Shown: in pieces, positions 49,456-62,582 of the stretch
Position numbering within the stretch: the first letter of the stretch is position 1
How the letters are laid out: every line of letters starts with the position of its first letter
DNA from: Chiloscyllium plagiosum
Taxonomy: Eukaryota
Reading direction: 5' to 3'
Length of the DNA stretch: 64,000 bases
Assembly (NCBI RefSeq): GCF_004010195.1
Contig: NC_057720.1
Location: 8,486,164-8,550,163, forward strand
The notes under the pieces: model-generated
The model's input: the letters and a program-made list of their open reading frames with translations, nothing else
Databases searched by the model: none
Told to the model about the DNA's origin: nothing
Made by a program: the position numbers and the translations under genes

Positions 49456-50904
49456 CCACTTAGCATCCCAACTTGGGACTATATCCCAAATCCTTCACTG
49501 CCCCTGAATATTCCCTCCCTAATGATATTGTGTGGATCAACCTATAGCACATGGACTGCAGCAGTTCAAGAGGGCAACTCACCATCAGCTTCTCAAGGGG
49601 CAATTAGGAACGGATAATAATACTGGGCAGCCAGCGACATCCACATTCCTGTGACTGAATTTTTAAAAAAAGTATGGATACCAACAAACTGGATTTTAAA
49701 GATCGACGGTCTTACCCCAATCAAGGTCCTTGTCATATGCTCATAACAAACAAATAAATTAACCCGACTGCCCCTTCAGGAATCCCTGATAGCTACTTTG
49801 ATGACTTATTTTCTATTTAAACTCTCCCTGATCTTGGCTAAAAAAGTTTTGTCAGCCTTACAGTCATGAGCCCGTTGTTTCCCTCAGTCTCAGTCCTTAA
49901 GAAGTTAAAGAGACATTTGCCTTTCAGCAGTCCCTGTAGGCACCTCTCCACTATTCAGACAGTTCGGGAGGATTGGTGTCAGATTTGCTACAATTCCCTT
50001 CCTCGGTGTGGCAAGGGTTCTCAGACACATCTAATCCAGCTCCAAGATTTATTTATGTCAAGTCTGCTCAGCTGTTCAGCAAACAGTATTCCACGAGGAG
50101 GCAGAGAATTGGGCCAGCATTTAAGTACTTGGCAGTGTACAACCAATGCTGGACACTCTTGACCTGTTTTGAGGCAATAAATTGTATTCAAAATTTTTAT
50201 GACCCCCCTCCCCCCCCCCCCCCCCCCCCCCGGATTGTGTTAGCACAGTCATCACCAGCAAAAAATAATAGGATTAAAAGATGAGCCAGCAAAATGAGGA
50301 GTGAGCAAAGATATGCAGAATCGTTTGCATCATAATGAATCTCAAGTAACGCAGTCACCATTGCTCCTAGCAACTATGTACTATTTGGGGGTTCGGATGT
50401 GATGTGATGAAGAGCGCTTATTAAGAAAAAAAAATGCTGCATTTGTAACATATATATTTATAAGTCATCAGAAGTTTCCTTCCTGCTTAAAGCTTGATAG
50501 TGTTTTATAATGCTAAAAATCGCACAACGCAACAGATTTATTTGGAAGTACTAGCTTTCCGAGCGCTGCTCCTTTGTCAGGTAGCTAGTGGGACAGGATC
50601 ATAAGATTGTTTTATAATGGCAGGAAGCCATGAATGGAGTAATGCATTTTGCCCCACCTCCAATCTCCCTGTCCTCTCCAAACCCATGGCCATATCCCAA
50701 ACCCATGCAGGTTTTTATACGACCCCCTCTGTCTGGTGGGTGGCCTGGCCTGTCACAAGGTGAAACTGACCGGAACAAAGTGATAAATATTGCTGCCAGA
50801 CCTACTGAGACTCTCCAGGATTATATCAAGCTTGCATGCCCATTCTTTGGCAGCGTTTACCCCTCTAACTCAACCCCTCTGCTGTATCTAAATTATCACT
50901 TGGC

Positions 50905-51242
50905 TTGATATCCAGTACTGGATGAGCCAAGATCTCGTCTAATTAAATGTTGAGAAGACAGAAGCCAGTGTCTTTGATCTATGCCACCAACCTTACTCAC
51001 CAGCACCATCCTCTCCCTCTCTCTTCAAACTGAGCCTGAATCATACTGTTTATAACCTTTGAGCCATGTTTGAGACCAAACTGAGTGTTGACCACATCCC
51101 CATGTCCATGCCTTTGAGTGACTCTGCCCCTGGCTTGGCACTGCTGCTACAGAACCCTCACTGATGCCTGCTACCTCAAGACTTGACTTTTCCAATGTAC
51201 TCCTGGCTGGTCACCCATTTTCTGTCCTCTGTCATACCTCAG
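50905..51242 (+). mobile_element. L2 LINE ORF2 fragment
   Basis: DIQYWMSQ..LNVEKTE and TSRLDFSNVLLAG motifs typical of the L2 RT C-terminus. Confidence 0.75.
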
Positions 51243-51374
51243 TTCTGGCTATTGTGCACAGTTCTGTATACCACACTTTAGGAAAGACGTGGATAAATTA
51301 GAAAAAGTGCAGAAGTGATTTACAAAGTTGGCTCCAAGAATGAGAAACTTCAGCTATGAGGATAAACTGAAGAA

Positions 51375-51784
51375 TCTGGATTAGTGGTGCTGGAAGAGCA
51401 CAGCAGTTCAGGCAGCATCCAAGGAGCTTCGAAATCGACGTTTCGGGCAAAAGCCCTTCATCAGGAATGGCTGTGGTAGTGAGTTTGTGTCACGACATGG
51501 TTGAAGAGCTTCAGGGCAGAGGAAATGACCTGGGAGTTGCAGTGGGAGAGGGACTCCCTGAGATTCTTGTAGATAGAGGAGGAAAACTTCTTCAAGGCAG
51601 GCATTCTTGCAAGAGGATTCGCAGTAGGGTTAAAATCAACAAGGTAAAAACAATGACTGCAGATGCTGGAAACCAGATTCTGGATTAGTGGTGCTGGAAG
51701 CGCACAGCAGTTTAGGCAGCATCCAAGGAGCTTCGAAATCGACGTTTCGGGCAAAAGCCCTTAAGGGCTTAAGCCCTTAAGCCC
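51375..51784 (-). mobile_element. Internally deleted PLE: tandem pLTRs flanking the ORF start
   Basis: Direct repeat of ~85 bp at 304-bp spacing. Between the repeats, ATG at 51604 starts MPALKKFSSSIYKNLRESLSHCNSQVISSALKLFNHVVTQTHYHSH. Confidence 0.8.
51437..51464 (-). ncRNA. Minimal type I hammerhead ribozyme core (family A)
   Basis: Reverse complement: CUGAUGA-A-GGGC-uuuu-GCCC-GAAAC-GUC. Confidence 0.8.
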
Positions 51785-53339
51785 ATCACAGTGAAACACT
51801 GAACTAGCAAGCTTACAGCCTTGACCACTCTCAGTTTAATTGTTTCAGTGATCACTGTCTGATTCTCTGGAAATAAGCAACTCGGGTTTGTGAAGGGAGG
51901 TTTAGTGTTTCAAGACAAAATTGCGTGAGGCATGCAATGCACTGGAGGATGGGAATGGAGTCAGCCACATTAGGGAGATTTAAACAATCCTTAGATAAGC
52001 ATATGGATGAGTTTGGGATAATGTAGGGGGATGAGCTGAAAATAGTTCACAGGTCGGCGCAACATCAAGGGCTGAAGGGCCTGTTCTGTGCTGTATATTT
52101 CTGTGTTCTATGAGTCCAAACTGTTCTGGCCTGTGACAGAGACCAAGAGCAGTTATTTCTTATTCATTCACAGGATGAGGACATCACTAGCAAGGTCAGC
52201 ATTTATTGCCCATGTAGGCCAGAAGAAATAAGGATGGCAGTTCCTGCCCTGAAGGGCATTAGTGAACCAGATGGGTTTTCCCAACAATCAATTCATGGTC
52301 ATCACTAGACTCTCATTTACAGTTGTTTTTCAAAGAGGTTCCTCTGCTGCAGTCGGATTTGAACCTAGGTGTCCAGAACAGTAGCTGGCTCTCTCGGTTA
52401 ACAGTCCGCCAACAATACCACTAAGTCATTGCATTCACCGTGAGGCAGTGCAGTGATTTGGTTGTGAGGATGAAGATTTGGATGAGGCGAGTTAGTGGTG
52501 GGGAATAGATGGACAAGGATTGTTGAAGAATGGGATGGTGAGGAAGACTTTATTCAGAAAGAAAAATTGACCAGAGAAAAATGTCACTTAACTTTTTAGT
52601 TATGAATAACTTTAGGATTTCTTTGCACTTCCTGACAACAAAGCTCACAGAATCCCAAGGAATGCACAGAACAATTGTATCTAAGCTTTTCCACTTGCAT
52701 GCACAAGCAATGCACCAAATTGCTCTCTTTAATGTTCCCACACATTGCCACAATTTCATAGCCTGAGTCCAAAACAAACGAAAGAAGCTGTTTTGTTAAA
52801 TATTAATCAAACACAGCTGAAAGGAGTTAAAACCCACTCCAAACCTTTTCTCTCCCCACCCTCAGCGAGAAGATAAAGGTTTTGAAAGTCATGCATAAAA
52901 TGAGTTCACACACGGTCAAAACACCGAAAACTGTTTTGTTTCTCACAGATGGGATAATGGAGGTGAAGGCCAAATCTTTCCACCATGCGTAACAATGCAG
53001 CTGTATACAAAAAGCCTTCCCTCCTCAAAACACTGCAGGAGAGATATTTCAGGGAAGGTCCAGCAGAGAGAGATGCCACGCTAATGAACAATACAGGCAG
53101 AGGATCAAATCCACTTTGTTGTAGAGAAATGAGTGACATACACTCCTTGCAAGGGCATACCATTACTTTCTGTCTTTTGTTCTTTCATTGGGTGTGTGTT
53201 TCACCAGCAGCAATTGTTGCCCATCTCTAACTGAATAGAGTGGTTTGCCTGGTCACTTAGAAAGCAGATAAGAGTCAACCACATTGCTGTGAAACGTGAG
53301 ACATATTGGGTCAGCCCTTATAAGGACATTGAGCCTCCG

Positions 53340-54485
53340 TTCCTTGGGTAAGTGTACTCCAAGTCGGCCGTCAAGATAAACAATAACGCTGAATTATCCA
53401 ACAGAAACAGACAGTAAGTTCCACACTTATGAGGACTACCTCAAACACGATGTTGGGATCATGTCGCGCTACATGTAACCGCATCATACTGTTTTGTGCT
53501 TTTAAAATCTTCCCAACTAACCTACTTTGACACCATTACCTTGATTACTTGTGGTTATCTCGCTGCCTGAGTTAGTTTGTATGGTTTTTGATTACTTGTT
53601 ACTTTGGTTAGACCCTTGTCATGCGACTTTGATATTCCAGCTAATTGGTTTGTCTCGATGATTTGTAATTATCTCCCTGCCTTAATTAATCAGTTCATAG
53701 GTCATCCCTGCACTTGCTATTCAGCCTGTTGATGTTCCACTCACACTATTTATACTTATCTGTTGACATTCTTAATTATCTGCAATTATTTTAAGACCAT
53801 AAGGCATAGGAGCAGAAATTAGGCCATTCAACCTGTCTGCTCCACCATAAGTTTCTCAACCCCATTCTCTAATTTTCTTCCCATAACCCTTGATCCCCTC
53901 TATACTCAAGAACCTATCTATCTCCATCTTAAATATACTCAATGACCTGGCCTCACAGCCTGCTGTGGCAGTGAATTCCATAGATTCACCACTTTCTGGC
54001 TGAAGAAGTTTCTCCTTATCTCCATTCTACAAGGTCTTCCCTTTAATCTAAGGCTGTGCCTTGGATCCTAGTCTCTCCAAACAATGAAAATGTCTTTCTA
54101 ACATATATTCTGTAAAGGCCATTCAGTATTCTGTATGTTTCAATTAGATCCTCCCCCTCATCCTTCTAAATTCTATTGAATATAAAATCAGAGTCCTCAA
54201 ATGTTCCTCATATGTTAAACTTTTCATTCCTGGGACCATTCTCATGAACGTCCTCCGAATATGCTCCAGAGCCAATATATCCTTCCTGAGATATGGTGCC
54301 CAAAACTGTGCACAATACTCCAAATGTGGGCTGACCACACTTTGCCATGATCTCTCTTCTTATGCATTCTGTGCCTGTGTGCCCCCCTCCATTTCACCTG
54401 ACAAAGGAGCAGTGCCCCAATAGCTTGTGTTTTAAATAAATTTATTGGACCAAAACTGGGTATCATATGAGTTTTGACTTGGCCC
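53340..54485 (+). mobile_element. PLE family B 3' end (GIY-YIG C-terminus, long 3' UTR, decayed hammerhead) split by a minus-strand CR1 (~53793-54335)
   Basis: KFHTYEDYLKHDVGIMSRYM* at ~53416-53478 resembles the GLN.D C-terminal motif; cacctgacaaaggagcagtgcccc at ~54395. Confidence 0.65.
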
Positions 54486-55244
54486 AGATAATGACAGCAT
54501 TTACGAACCAAAAGGTTTTTATTTGACAGTAATGGTCATTATTTGCTGTAATGGTCACCATTACTGAGACTAACTTCATATTGCAAATTTTATTAATTGA
54601 TTTTAAAGTCCATCAGCTGCTCTGCTGAGATTTGAACTCAAATACATTAAGCAATAGCCATAGCACTCCATTCACGGTAATATTCATCTCACTGACTGTC
54701 AGCAGGGGTTTCCACCTGTGGAAGTGAAGGGGAATAACCCAGAACAGTCAGGACCTTGGAATATTCTCTAAATCTCGGACTGAATGCTGCATTGTTTGAA
54801 GTACTTGGCAAGCCTTGTCTGCTAATTGATTACAGTAGTGTGATCCACTGAAGTCAGGCAGAAGCTGCCCAGAATCCCAGCATGATACCATCTGATTTTA
54901 TTATTTCAGTTATGAAATGGCTTTTAATGCTCTTTGTGATATGAAGATGACAAAAACTATTAATTGCAGAGTCACAGTTAAAACAAAGAAACTCTTGCAC
55001 TTGTATCACTCTTTTCATGTTCTTAAAATGACCCAAAATGCTTGTCAGTCATTGTACTTAACGGGGGGTTGGTTAATTCAGTTGGCTCGATGGCTGGTTT
55101 GCAATATGGAGCAATTCCACCACCAGGGATTCAGTTTCTGCACTGCCTGGTGCAATGATCTTCAGGTTATTGCACCAGGCAGTTGTCTCTCTCCAATGCA
55201 CAGCAGCCCTCTGCGAATATGGGTGACTTTCCTTTCTCTTAACT

Positions 55245-55640
55245 CCGGAAACATGGCAGCCAATTTGTGCACAGGAAGGTCCCAAAAGAAGCAATGAATC
55301 AATATCAGAGTGACCTGCTTTTAGTAATGATGTGGAGGTGCTGGTGTTGGACCAGGGTGGACAAAGTCAGAAGTCACATGACACGAGGTTCTAGTCCAAC
55401 AGGTTTATTTGAAATCACAAGCTTTCAGAGCACTGCGTCTTTGTCGGGTGAAGACGTCTGTTGGACTACAACCTGGTGTGATGTGACTTATGACTTTGTT
55501 TTTAGTGATGTAGGTTGAGGGATAAGTGTTGGTCAGTACACAGGAGAGCACTCTTGTGTTCTTCTTCAAAGAAATGCCATGTTTTTTGTCCTCCAGAGAC
55601 ATCGATGAGGGCTCAATATAGTGAACAATCCAAATGACAA
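55245..55640 (-). mobile_element. Deu-domain SINE interrupted by a PLE family B mini (~55326-55499)
   Basis: ggaaacatggcagccaatttgtgcacag and gttgagggataagtgttggtcag are reverse complements of the Deu core. ttttagt is duplicated around the insert. Confidence 0.7.
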
Positions 55641-56379
55641 TTTTACATTACAATGTAACTGATGAAGGGTTTGTTGAAGACTACAATCACGTAGAAAATG
55701 CCAATTTTAAGGTGGCTGAGCAGTCCGGGTAGTCTGTCAGTATGCTGGCTTTATATGCTATAAGATTAATTCTGTACTTTAAGCACAGAAGCTGCATTTA
55801 GAAGGGAACTTAGGTCATTAAATTGTAGCCCTGAATCCCTGCATGGCAGTACCTAAAGATAAAAACATAATGGAGAAATTCAAAACTGTCAATGGTCTGG
55901 ACAGAGTAAATATGGAGAACGTGTTGCTATTGTGGGAGGATCAAGAATCAGAGAGCACAGTAATTGTGAGGAATAAGCAAAAGACACAATGGTGACCTAA
56001 GGCAAAGACTTCCCTTGCAGCAAGTGGCTAGGATCTGGAATAAACTGGCTGAGAGTGGTGGGGCAGGTTCAAACCAGTGTATTCAACACGGAATTAGACT
56101 GCTGTCTGAAAGGGAAAGGTATGCACGATTGCTGAAGTATGAAGCTAAGCGAATTGATCACTTGTAGAGCCTGTGTAGAAACAATGGGCCGAATAGCCTC
56201 CTTCTGCACGAAAATAATTCTATGGCTGATTGAGACTGATGCATTATCGCTGTGTAAGTTCAGGCAGAGATTTTTTTTTGTTGCTACTTACATCAACTTC
56301 TCTCTTCCTCCACCTTCTGAATTTGGATCCTTCTCTGTGACCTGGAGTTCTCATATGCAACCGGAGGAAACCAATAGCA

Positions 56380-59070
56380 TTCTGAACATACTCAATAGTC
56401 AAGGAAGTAAAAAGGGGAGGGAATTGCCTGGAAATACTAGATGCATGGTGATCGTATTCACAGATTCTTTAGACTCTGGGCCAGTTCCTACACATTGGAC
56501 GGTGATTAATGTAATGCCCCCTAATTGAAAACGCACATAGAGAGAAAACAGCAAATTATAGACAAAAATTGAGAATGCTGGAAAAGCTCAGCAAGTCTGG
56601 CAGCATCTGTAGCGAGAAATCAGAGTTAATATTTTGGATATAGTAACCCTTCCTCAGAATAGAGAATTATAGACCAGTGAGTTTGACGTTGATAGTAAGG
56701 AAGATGTTAGACTCCCATTATCAAGGATTTTATAGCAGGGATCTTAGAAAATAGTAGTAGAATTAAATGCAATCAGCATGGATTTACAAAAGTAAATTCA
56801 TCTAATGGAATTCTTTGAGGGCATAAATAATAAAGTTGATTATGGGAAGCCAGTAGATGTGGTTTATTTGCATTTTCAGAAGGTTTTCAACAAAGTCGCA
56901 CATAAGAGATTAATGCATAATATTAATGCACATGAGCTTGGGGTAGGGTATTGAGATGGATAGAAAATTGATTATCAAACAGGAAATGAAGTGTAACAAC
57001 AAATGGGTCATTTTCTAAATGGCAGGCAAGTAGGGATTTCTCCTAGGATTCTCTGGGAAACCAGGGAGGAGGTTGCAGAGTCTTTGGCTTTGATCATCAT
57101 TATGTCATCATTGTCTACAGGAATAGTGTTAGAAGACTAGAGGATAACAATTGTTTAAGAAGGGGAGTAGAGACAACTCTGTAATTATAGACCAGTGAGC
57201 CTTACTTTAGTTGTGGGCAAAGTGTTGGAAAAGGTTATAAGAGATAGGGTTTATATCTAGAGAGGAATAAATTGATTCAGGATAGTCAACATGGTTTTGT
57301 GAAGGGTAGCTTGTGCCTCATAAACGTTATTGAGTTCTGGGAGATTGTGACCAAACAGGTGGATGAGGGTAAAGCGGTTGATCTGGTGTATATGGATTTC
57401 AGTAAGGGGTTTGATAAGGTTCCCCACGGTAGGCTATTGCACAAAATACAGAGGCATGGGATTGAGGGTGATTTAACGGTTTGAATCAGAAGTTGACTAG
57501 CTGAAAGAAGACAGAGGGTGGTGGTTGATGGGAAATGTTCATCCTGGAGTAGTGTACTGCAAGGATCTAATTTTGGGTTCACTGCTGTTTGTCATTTTTA
57601 TAAATTACCTGGATGAGGGCATAGAAGGATGGGTTAGTAAATTTGTGGATGACACGAAGGTAGGTGGAGTTGTGGATACTGCTGAAGGATGTTGCAAGTT
57701 ACAGAAGGACATAGACAAGCTGCAGAACTGGGCTGACAGGTGGCAAATGTGGTTTAATATGGGAAAGAGTAAGTTGATTTTCTTTGGAAGGAGCAACAGG
57801 AATAAGGAGTACTGGGCTAATGGCAAGATTCTTGGGAGTAAAGATGAGCAGAGAGATCTCGGCTTCCATGTACATAGATCCCTGAAAATTGCCATCAAGG
57901 TCGATAGGGTTGTTAAGAAGGCATACAACATGTTAGATTTTATTGGTAGAGGGATTGAATTTCATGAGGTCATGTTGCAGCTATACAAAACTCTGGTGCA
58001 GCTGCACTTAGAGTATTGTGTACAGTTCTGGTCACCACATTATAGGAAGGATGTGGAAGCTTTGAAAACGGTTCGGAGAGGATTTACTAGGATGTTGTCT
58101 GGTATGGACGGAAGGTCTTATGAGGAAAGGCTGAAGGATTTGAGGCTGTTTTCATGAGAGAGAAGAAGGTTGAGAGGCGACTTAATTGAGACATACAAGA
58201 TGATCAGAGGATTCACAATAGATATTAATGATTCAGATGTGGTAACAAAATATAATTTTTCAAAATTTAGAGATGATACAAAGCTGGGTGGAAGATTGAG
58301 GGATGCAGTGGTGGCTTGGTATTTACCACTGCTGTCTCACTGCACTAAGAATCCAGGTTTGATTCTCCTTGTGTCAGTGTGAGTTTTCACTGGGTGCTAT
58401 GATTTCCTCCCGCAGTGCAAAGATGTGCAGGTTGGGTGGATTATTAATACTAAGTTGTGCAGGTTAGGTGGGTTAGCCATGGTAAGTGTGGAGTTATGGG
58501 GTCAGGACAAGGTAGGAGGTTGGGATGACGTGTGAAGAGAGATTAAGTCGGTTAGGATTATATTCCCTGGAGTTTAGAAGAATGAGGGGGATTTGATAGA
58601 AACCTCTAAAACTCTAACAGGACAAGACAGAATAAATGCAGGAAGGATGTTGCCAATGGTAGGAGAGCCCAGAACCATCGTTTAAGGGGATCATAGGTTA
58701 TGGAGAGATGGTGGGAGAATGAGGTTGAGAATTTATAAGCCATGATTGAATGGTGGAGCAAACTCAATGGGCCGAATGGCCTAATTTCTGTTCCTGTGTG
58801 CTATGGTGTTATGGTCTATAAGGATAAGGAATAAACATTTGGAGAAATGTCTTCACCCAGAGAGTGTGAGCCTGTGGCGTTCAATGCCACAGAAAGCAGT
58901 TAAGGCCAAAACATTATGTTTTCAAGAAGGAGGTAGATGCAGCTCTTATGGCTAAAGGGTTCAAAGAGTATGGGGCACGATATACAGCCATGTTCATGTT
59001 AAATGACGGAACAGGCTCAAGAGGTCAATTAGCCTATTCTTGCTCCTATCTTCTATATTTCTATGTTTTT
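56380..59070 (+). mobile_element. Nested CR1 LINEs (younger copy ~57035-58212 inside an older one)
   Basis: QHGFVKG, YMDFSKGFDKVPH, FINYLD..SKFVDDTK, LEYCVQFWSPHY. Also contains a PLE mini at 56564-56664 (TSD aattatagac) and a SINE fragment at ~58300-58525. Confidence 0.9.
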
Positions 59071-59099
59071 AAGAAATAACAACAATCATTCAAGAAAAG

Positions 59100-60840
59100 G
59101 TACCAGGGAAACTAACAGAACAAAAGATTGATAGGTGCCCTGAACTTGTGAGATGTCTCCTTAGTAATTAAAGGAAGTAGATATAGAGATAATGGATGCA
59201 TTGCTAGTAATATTCCAAGAATCCTTAGTTTTGGGGAAAGTGTCATGTAACGTCCACATTCAGAACAGGAGGGAGCCAACAAACCAGATAGCTTAACATC
59301 TGTCATTCATAAATTGTTAAGAGTCTTAGGTTTATAGAGCCATAAAGATGAAAACATTCCGACCCAACTCATCCATGCCAACCAGATATCGTAAATTAAT
59401 CTAGTCCCATTTTCCAGCATTTGCCCTCTATCCCTCTAAACACTTCCTATTCATGTCGCCATCAAAATGCCTTTTAAATGTTGTAATTGCACTAGACTCC
59501 ACCACTTCCTCTGGCATCTCATTCCATACACGCGCCTTTCCCCTTAGGTCCCTTTTAAATCTTTCCCCTCTCACCCTAAACCGATGGCCTCTATTTCTGG
59601 AATCCCGCAACCCAAAAAAAAAACCATCATAAAGGATGCGTTTGTTGATGATCAAGTAAAGTTAGTGTGGCTTCATAGATTCATGTTCTTTGAGGAGCAA
59701 ACAAACAGGATAGATAAAGGGGAAGCATTAGATGTAATGAATTAAATTTCCAAATGGCATTTGTTAAGGTACCACATGCTACTAAATAAGAGAAGAGCTC
59801 TGGGTATTGTGGGTAGAATTTTAGCATGGATGGTCAATTCTCTAACTAATAGAAGACTAAGAGGTGTGATAAGGGGAGTATTTCTAGGATGGCACTAGTA
59901 GAGTGCACAGGGATCAATGTTGGAGTCAAGATTATTGCCAACATACATTAATGACTTGGATGAGGAGAATGAATGTAACATTGCCAAGGTTTCTGAATGA
60001 CAAAAAAAGTATAGTGGGAAGGTAAGTGGTGAGAATGACACACAGTGTTTACACAGGGAATACACAGGTTGAGTGAATGGACACAACTTGCCAGATGGAA
60101 TATAATGTGGGAACATGTGAGGTTATGCACTTCTTCAGGAAGAATAGAGGAGCTGAATATTATTTAAATAGACTGCCGAGCAGAGGGATGGAATCAGGAA
60201 AAGCCAGCACCCAAGTTCACCAAGTAATAGCTTTTATTTCAGGTGAATAGAATATAAAAGTATGGAGGCTTTGCTAAAACCAAACACGTCACTAATCAGA
60301 TGGAATATTGTGAACAGCTTTGGTTCCTTTACCTAAAGAAGGATATATTAATGTTGGGGGCAGTCCAGAGAAGGTTACCTGGGATGAATCAAGTTACAGA
60401 GGGGCTTTATTATGAGGAGATGTTGAGTAAGTTGATTTGTATTCATTGAAATTGAGAAGAGTAAAAGGTGACTGTGTTCAACTTTATAATATTCTTAACA
60501 GTATTGACAGGGTAGATGCAGAGAAGTTAATTTCCCTTGTGTGAGAATCTAGGACCCAATGTCTTAAATTCAGAATAAGGGATCACACATTTAAGAGGAA
60601 CATTTTCGCTTAGAGGATAGTGAATCTGTGAAATTCTTTATTACAAAGGACTGTGGAGATTGGGTTGTTAAGTATATTCAAGGCCGAGGTAGACGGATCT
60701 TTAATCAGTGCAGGAATCAAGGTTTATGGGGAATAGACAAGAAAGTGTTGAGGATTATTAGATAAACCCGTGATCTCACTGAATGTCAGAGCAGACTTGA
60801 TGGGCAAAATGGCCCACTCCCACAGCTTGTAATCTTATGC
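59100..60840 (+). mobile_element. Degenerate CR1 with a nested minus-strand CR1 3' end (~59335-59612)
   Basis: Collinear ORF2 remnants and a CR1-type 3' UTR. Confidence 0.75.
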
Positions 60841-60994
60841 CAGCCCCTTCCCAAAAGGGTGTATCTTCCATATCTGATTAAAGAGTGCATTACCTGTCGA
60901 TACACTTCCCAGCAGACTGTTCCACAGTAATCAGGAGTAGAAACCTGAGGACTGATTATATTTTAAACACTGATCTCACTGAGGGGCTCTCAGT

Positions 60995-61348
60995 TCATAC
61001 AATCCCCACAGTGTAGAAGCAGGCCATTTGGCCTATCGAGTCCACACTGAACCTACGTAGAGCATCCCACCCAGATCCAGTCCCCCAACCTATCCCCATA
61101 ACCCTGAATTTCCCAAGATTAATCCACCTTGTCTGCATATCCTCGGACAATATGGAAAATTTAATATGGATAATCTATCTAAGCTGCACATCTTTAGACT
61201 GTGGGAGGAAACGAGTGCACCCAGAGGAATACTTTGCAGACTCTGGGAGAATGTGCAAACTCCTCAGAGACTGTCACCTGAGGATGGAAACGAACCCAGG
61301 CCCCTGATGCTGTGAGGCAGCAATGCTAACCACTGAGCCACTGTGCCC
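60995..61348 (-). mobile_element. HE1-type V-SINE
   Basis: Reverse complement cacagtggctcagtggttagcattgctgcctcacagc...gggttcgtttcc. Confidence 0.9.
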
Positions 61349-62321
61349 CGCCCCCCCCCTCCTCCAGGAAACAGGACAAAGGCATTTCTCCAAATTGAGA
61401 TATTGTCTACCGAGCTTATCTCCTTCAAATGGACTGGGGCAAAACTCCAGCTGGAAAGGAGCTCAGACACTCGCACTATCTGGGGTGCAGGTAGAATCAT
61501 AGAGATCGACAAAACAGAAAAAGGCCCTTTAGTCCATCGGTTACCTGCCAGTCATAAACAAGCCAAACTATTCTAATGTAATTTTCCAGCACTTGGTCAA
61601 TAGCCTTGTATGCTGTAGAAGCTCAAACATGCATCTAGTTACGAGGGGCTGGGTGATAAAATGGAGAGCCTCAACATCCCTCCTCACCTAGAAGCTTGAC
61701 AATTTGAAGTGCCCTGTCATAAATCATAATTACTTGGGATATTTCTCTCAGGGTGTCTGGCTGTAACAATACGCTAGTATTTCTGCATATATGCAATGCA
61801 TGTGTGCAATTGCTAAATGCCATAGAGTCATAGAGTCATACAGCATGGAAACAGATCCTTCAGTGCAACTGATCTATACCAACCATGTTCCCCAACCAAT
61901 CTGGTCCCACTTGGCTGCACTTGATTCATGTCCTTCCAAACCTTTCCTATTTATGAACTGTAACTGTACACACATGCACCACTTTCCCTGGCAGTACATT
62001 CCACACATGAGCCACTATCTGTGTAAAAACATTGTTCCTCGTTTCCTTTTTAAATCTTGTTGCTCTCACCTTAAAAAAATACGCCCCCTAGTTTTGGACT
62101 TCTCCATCGTAGGAGGTGTTCAAAATGTAGCTTAGTAAGCTTTCCTTTATTGGTCAGAGCATTGAGTATAGGGGTTGGGACATCACGTTGAGGTTGTGCA
62201 GGACACTGGTGAGGCCTCTTCTGGAGAACTGTGTACAGTTCTGGTTGCCCTGTTGCAGGGGGAATATTATTAAACAGGAGACGGTTCAGAAAAGATTTAT
62301 CAGAATGTTGCTGGGAGTAAA

Positions 62322-62582
62322 CTGGACATTACAAAACACATCCTCTTTCCCCTACATCAACTGCATCTCAGAAAAGACTGTCAGACTACTTAGACTTCTT
62401 AGCATCATGATAGTCCACAAACCCACCAAACACGAAAATTGCAGCTAATGAACTTGAAAGACCCTTTACAGGCAACAGGCAAAACTAAGGTCAGTTACAA
62501 ATAAACCTTGCCAGAACTGTAACAAACACTACATTGGACAAATCAGCAGAAAACTAGCCACCAAGATATATGAACATCAACT
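62322..62582 (+). mobile_element. Penelope/Poseidon-type PLE GIY-YIG fragment
   Basis: PYINCISEKTVRLLR..IVHKPT..LMNLKDP..K.KVSYK..CQNCNKHYIGQ..RKLATKIYEHQ; lacks the Neptune linker Cys motif. Confidence 0.8.

Noticed and set aside
50203..50232. Poly-C tract and other simple repeats (CT ~4591-4610, TA ~16795-16825, CA ~38120-38228)
   Set aside because: Ordinary microsatellites or homopolymers with no further structure.
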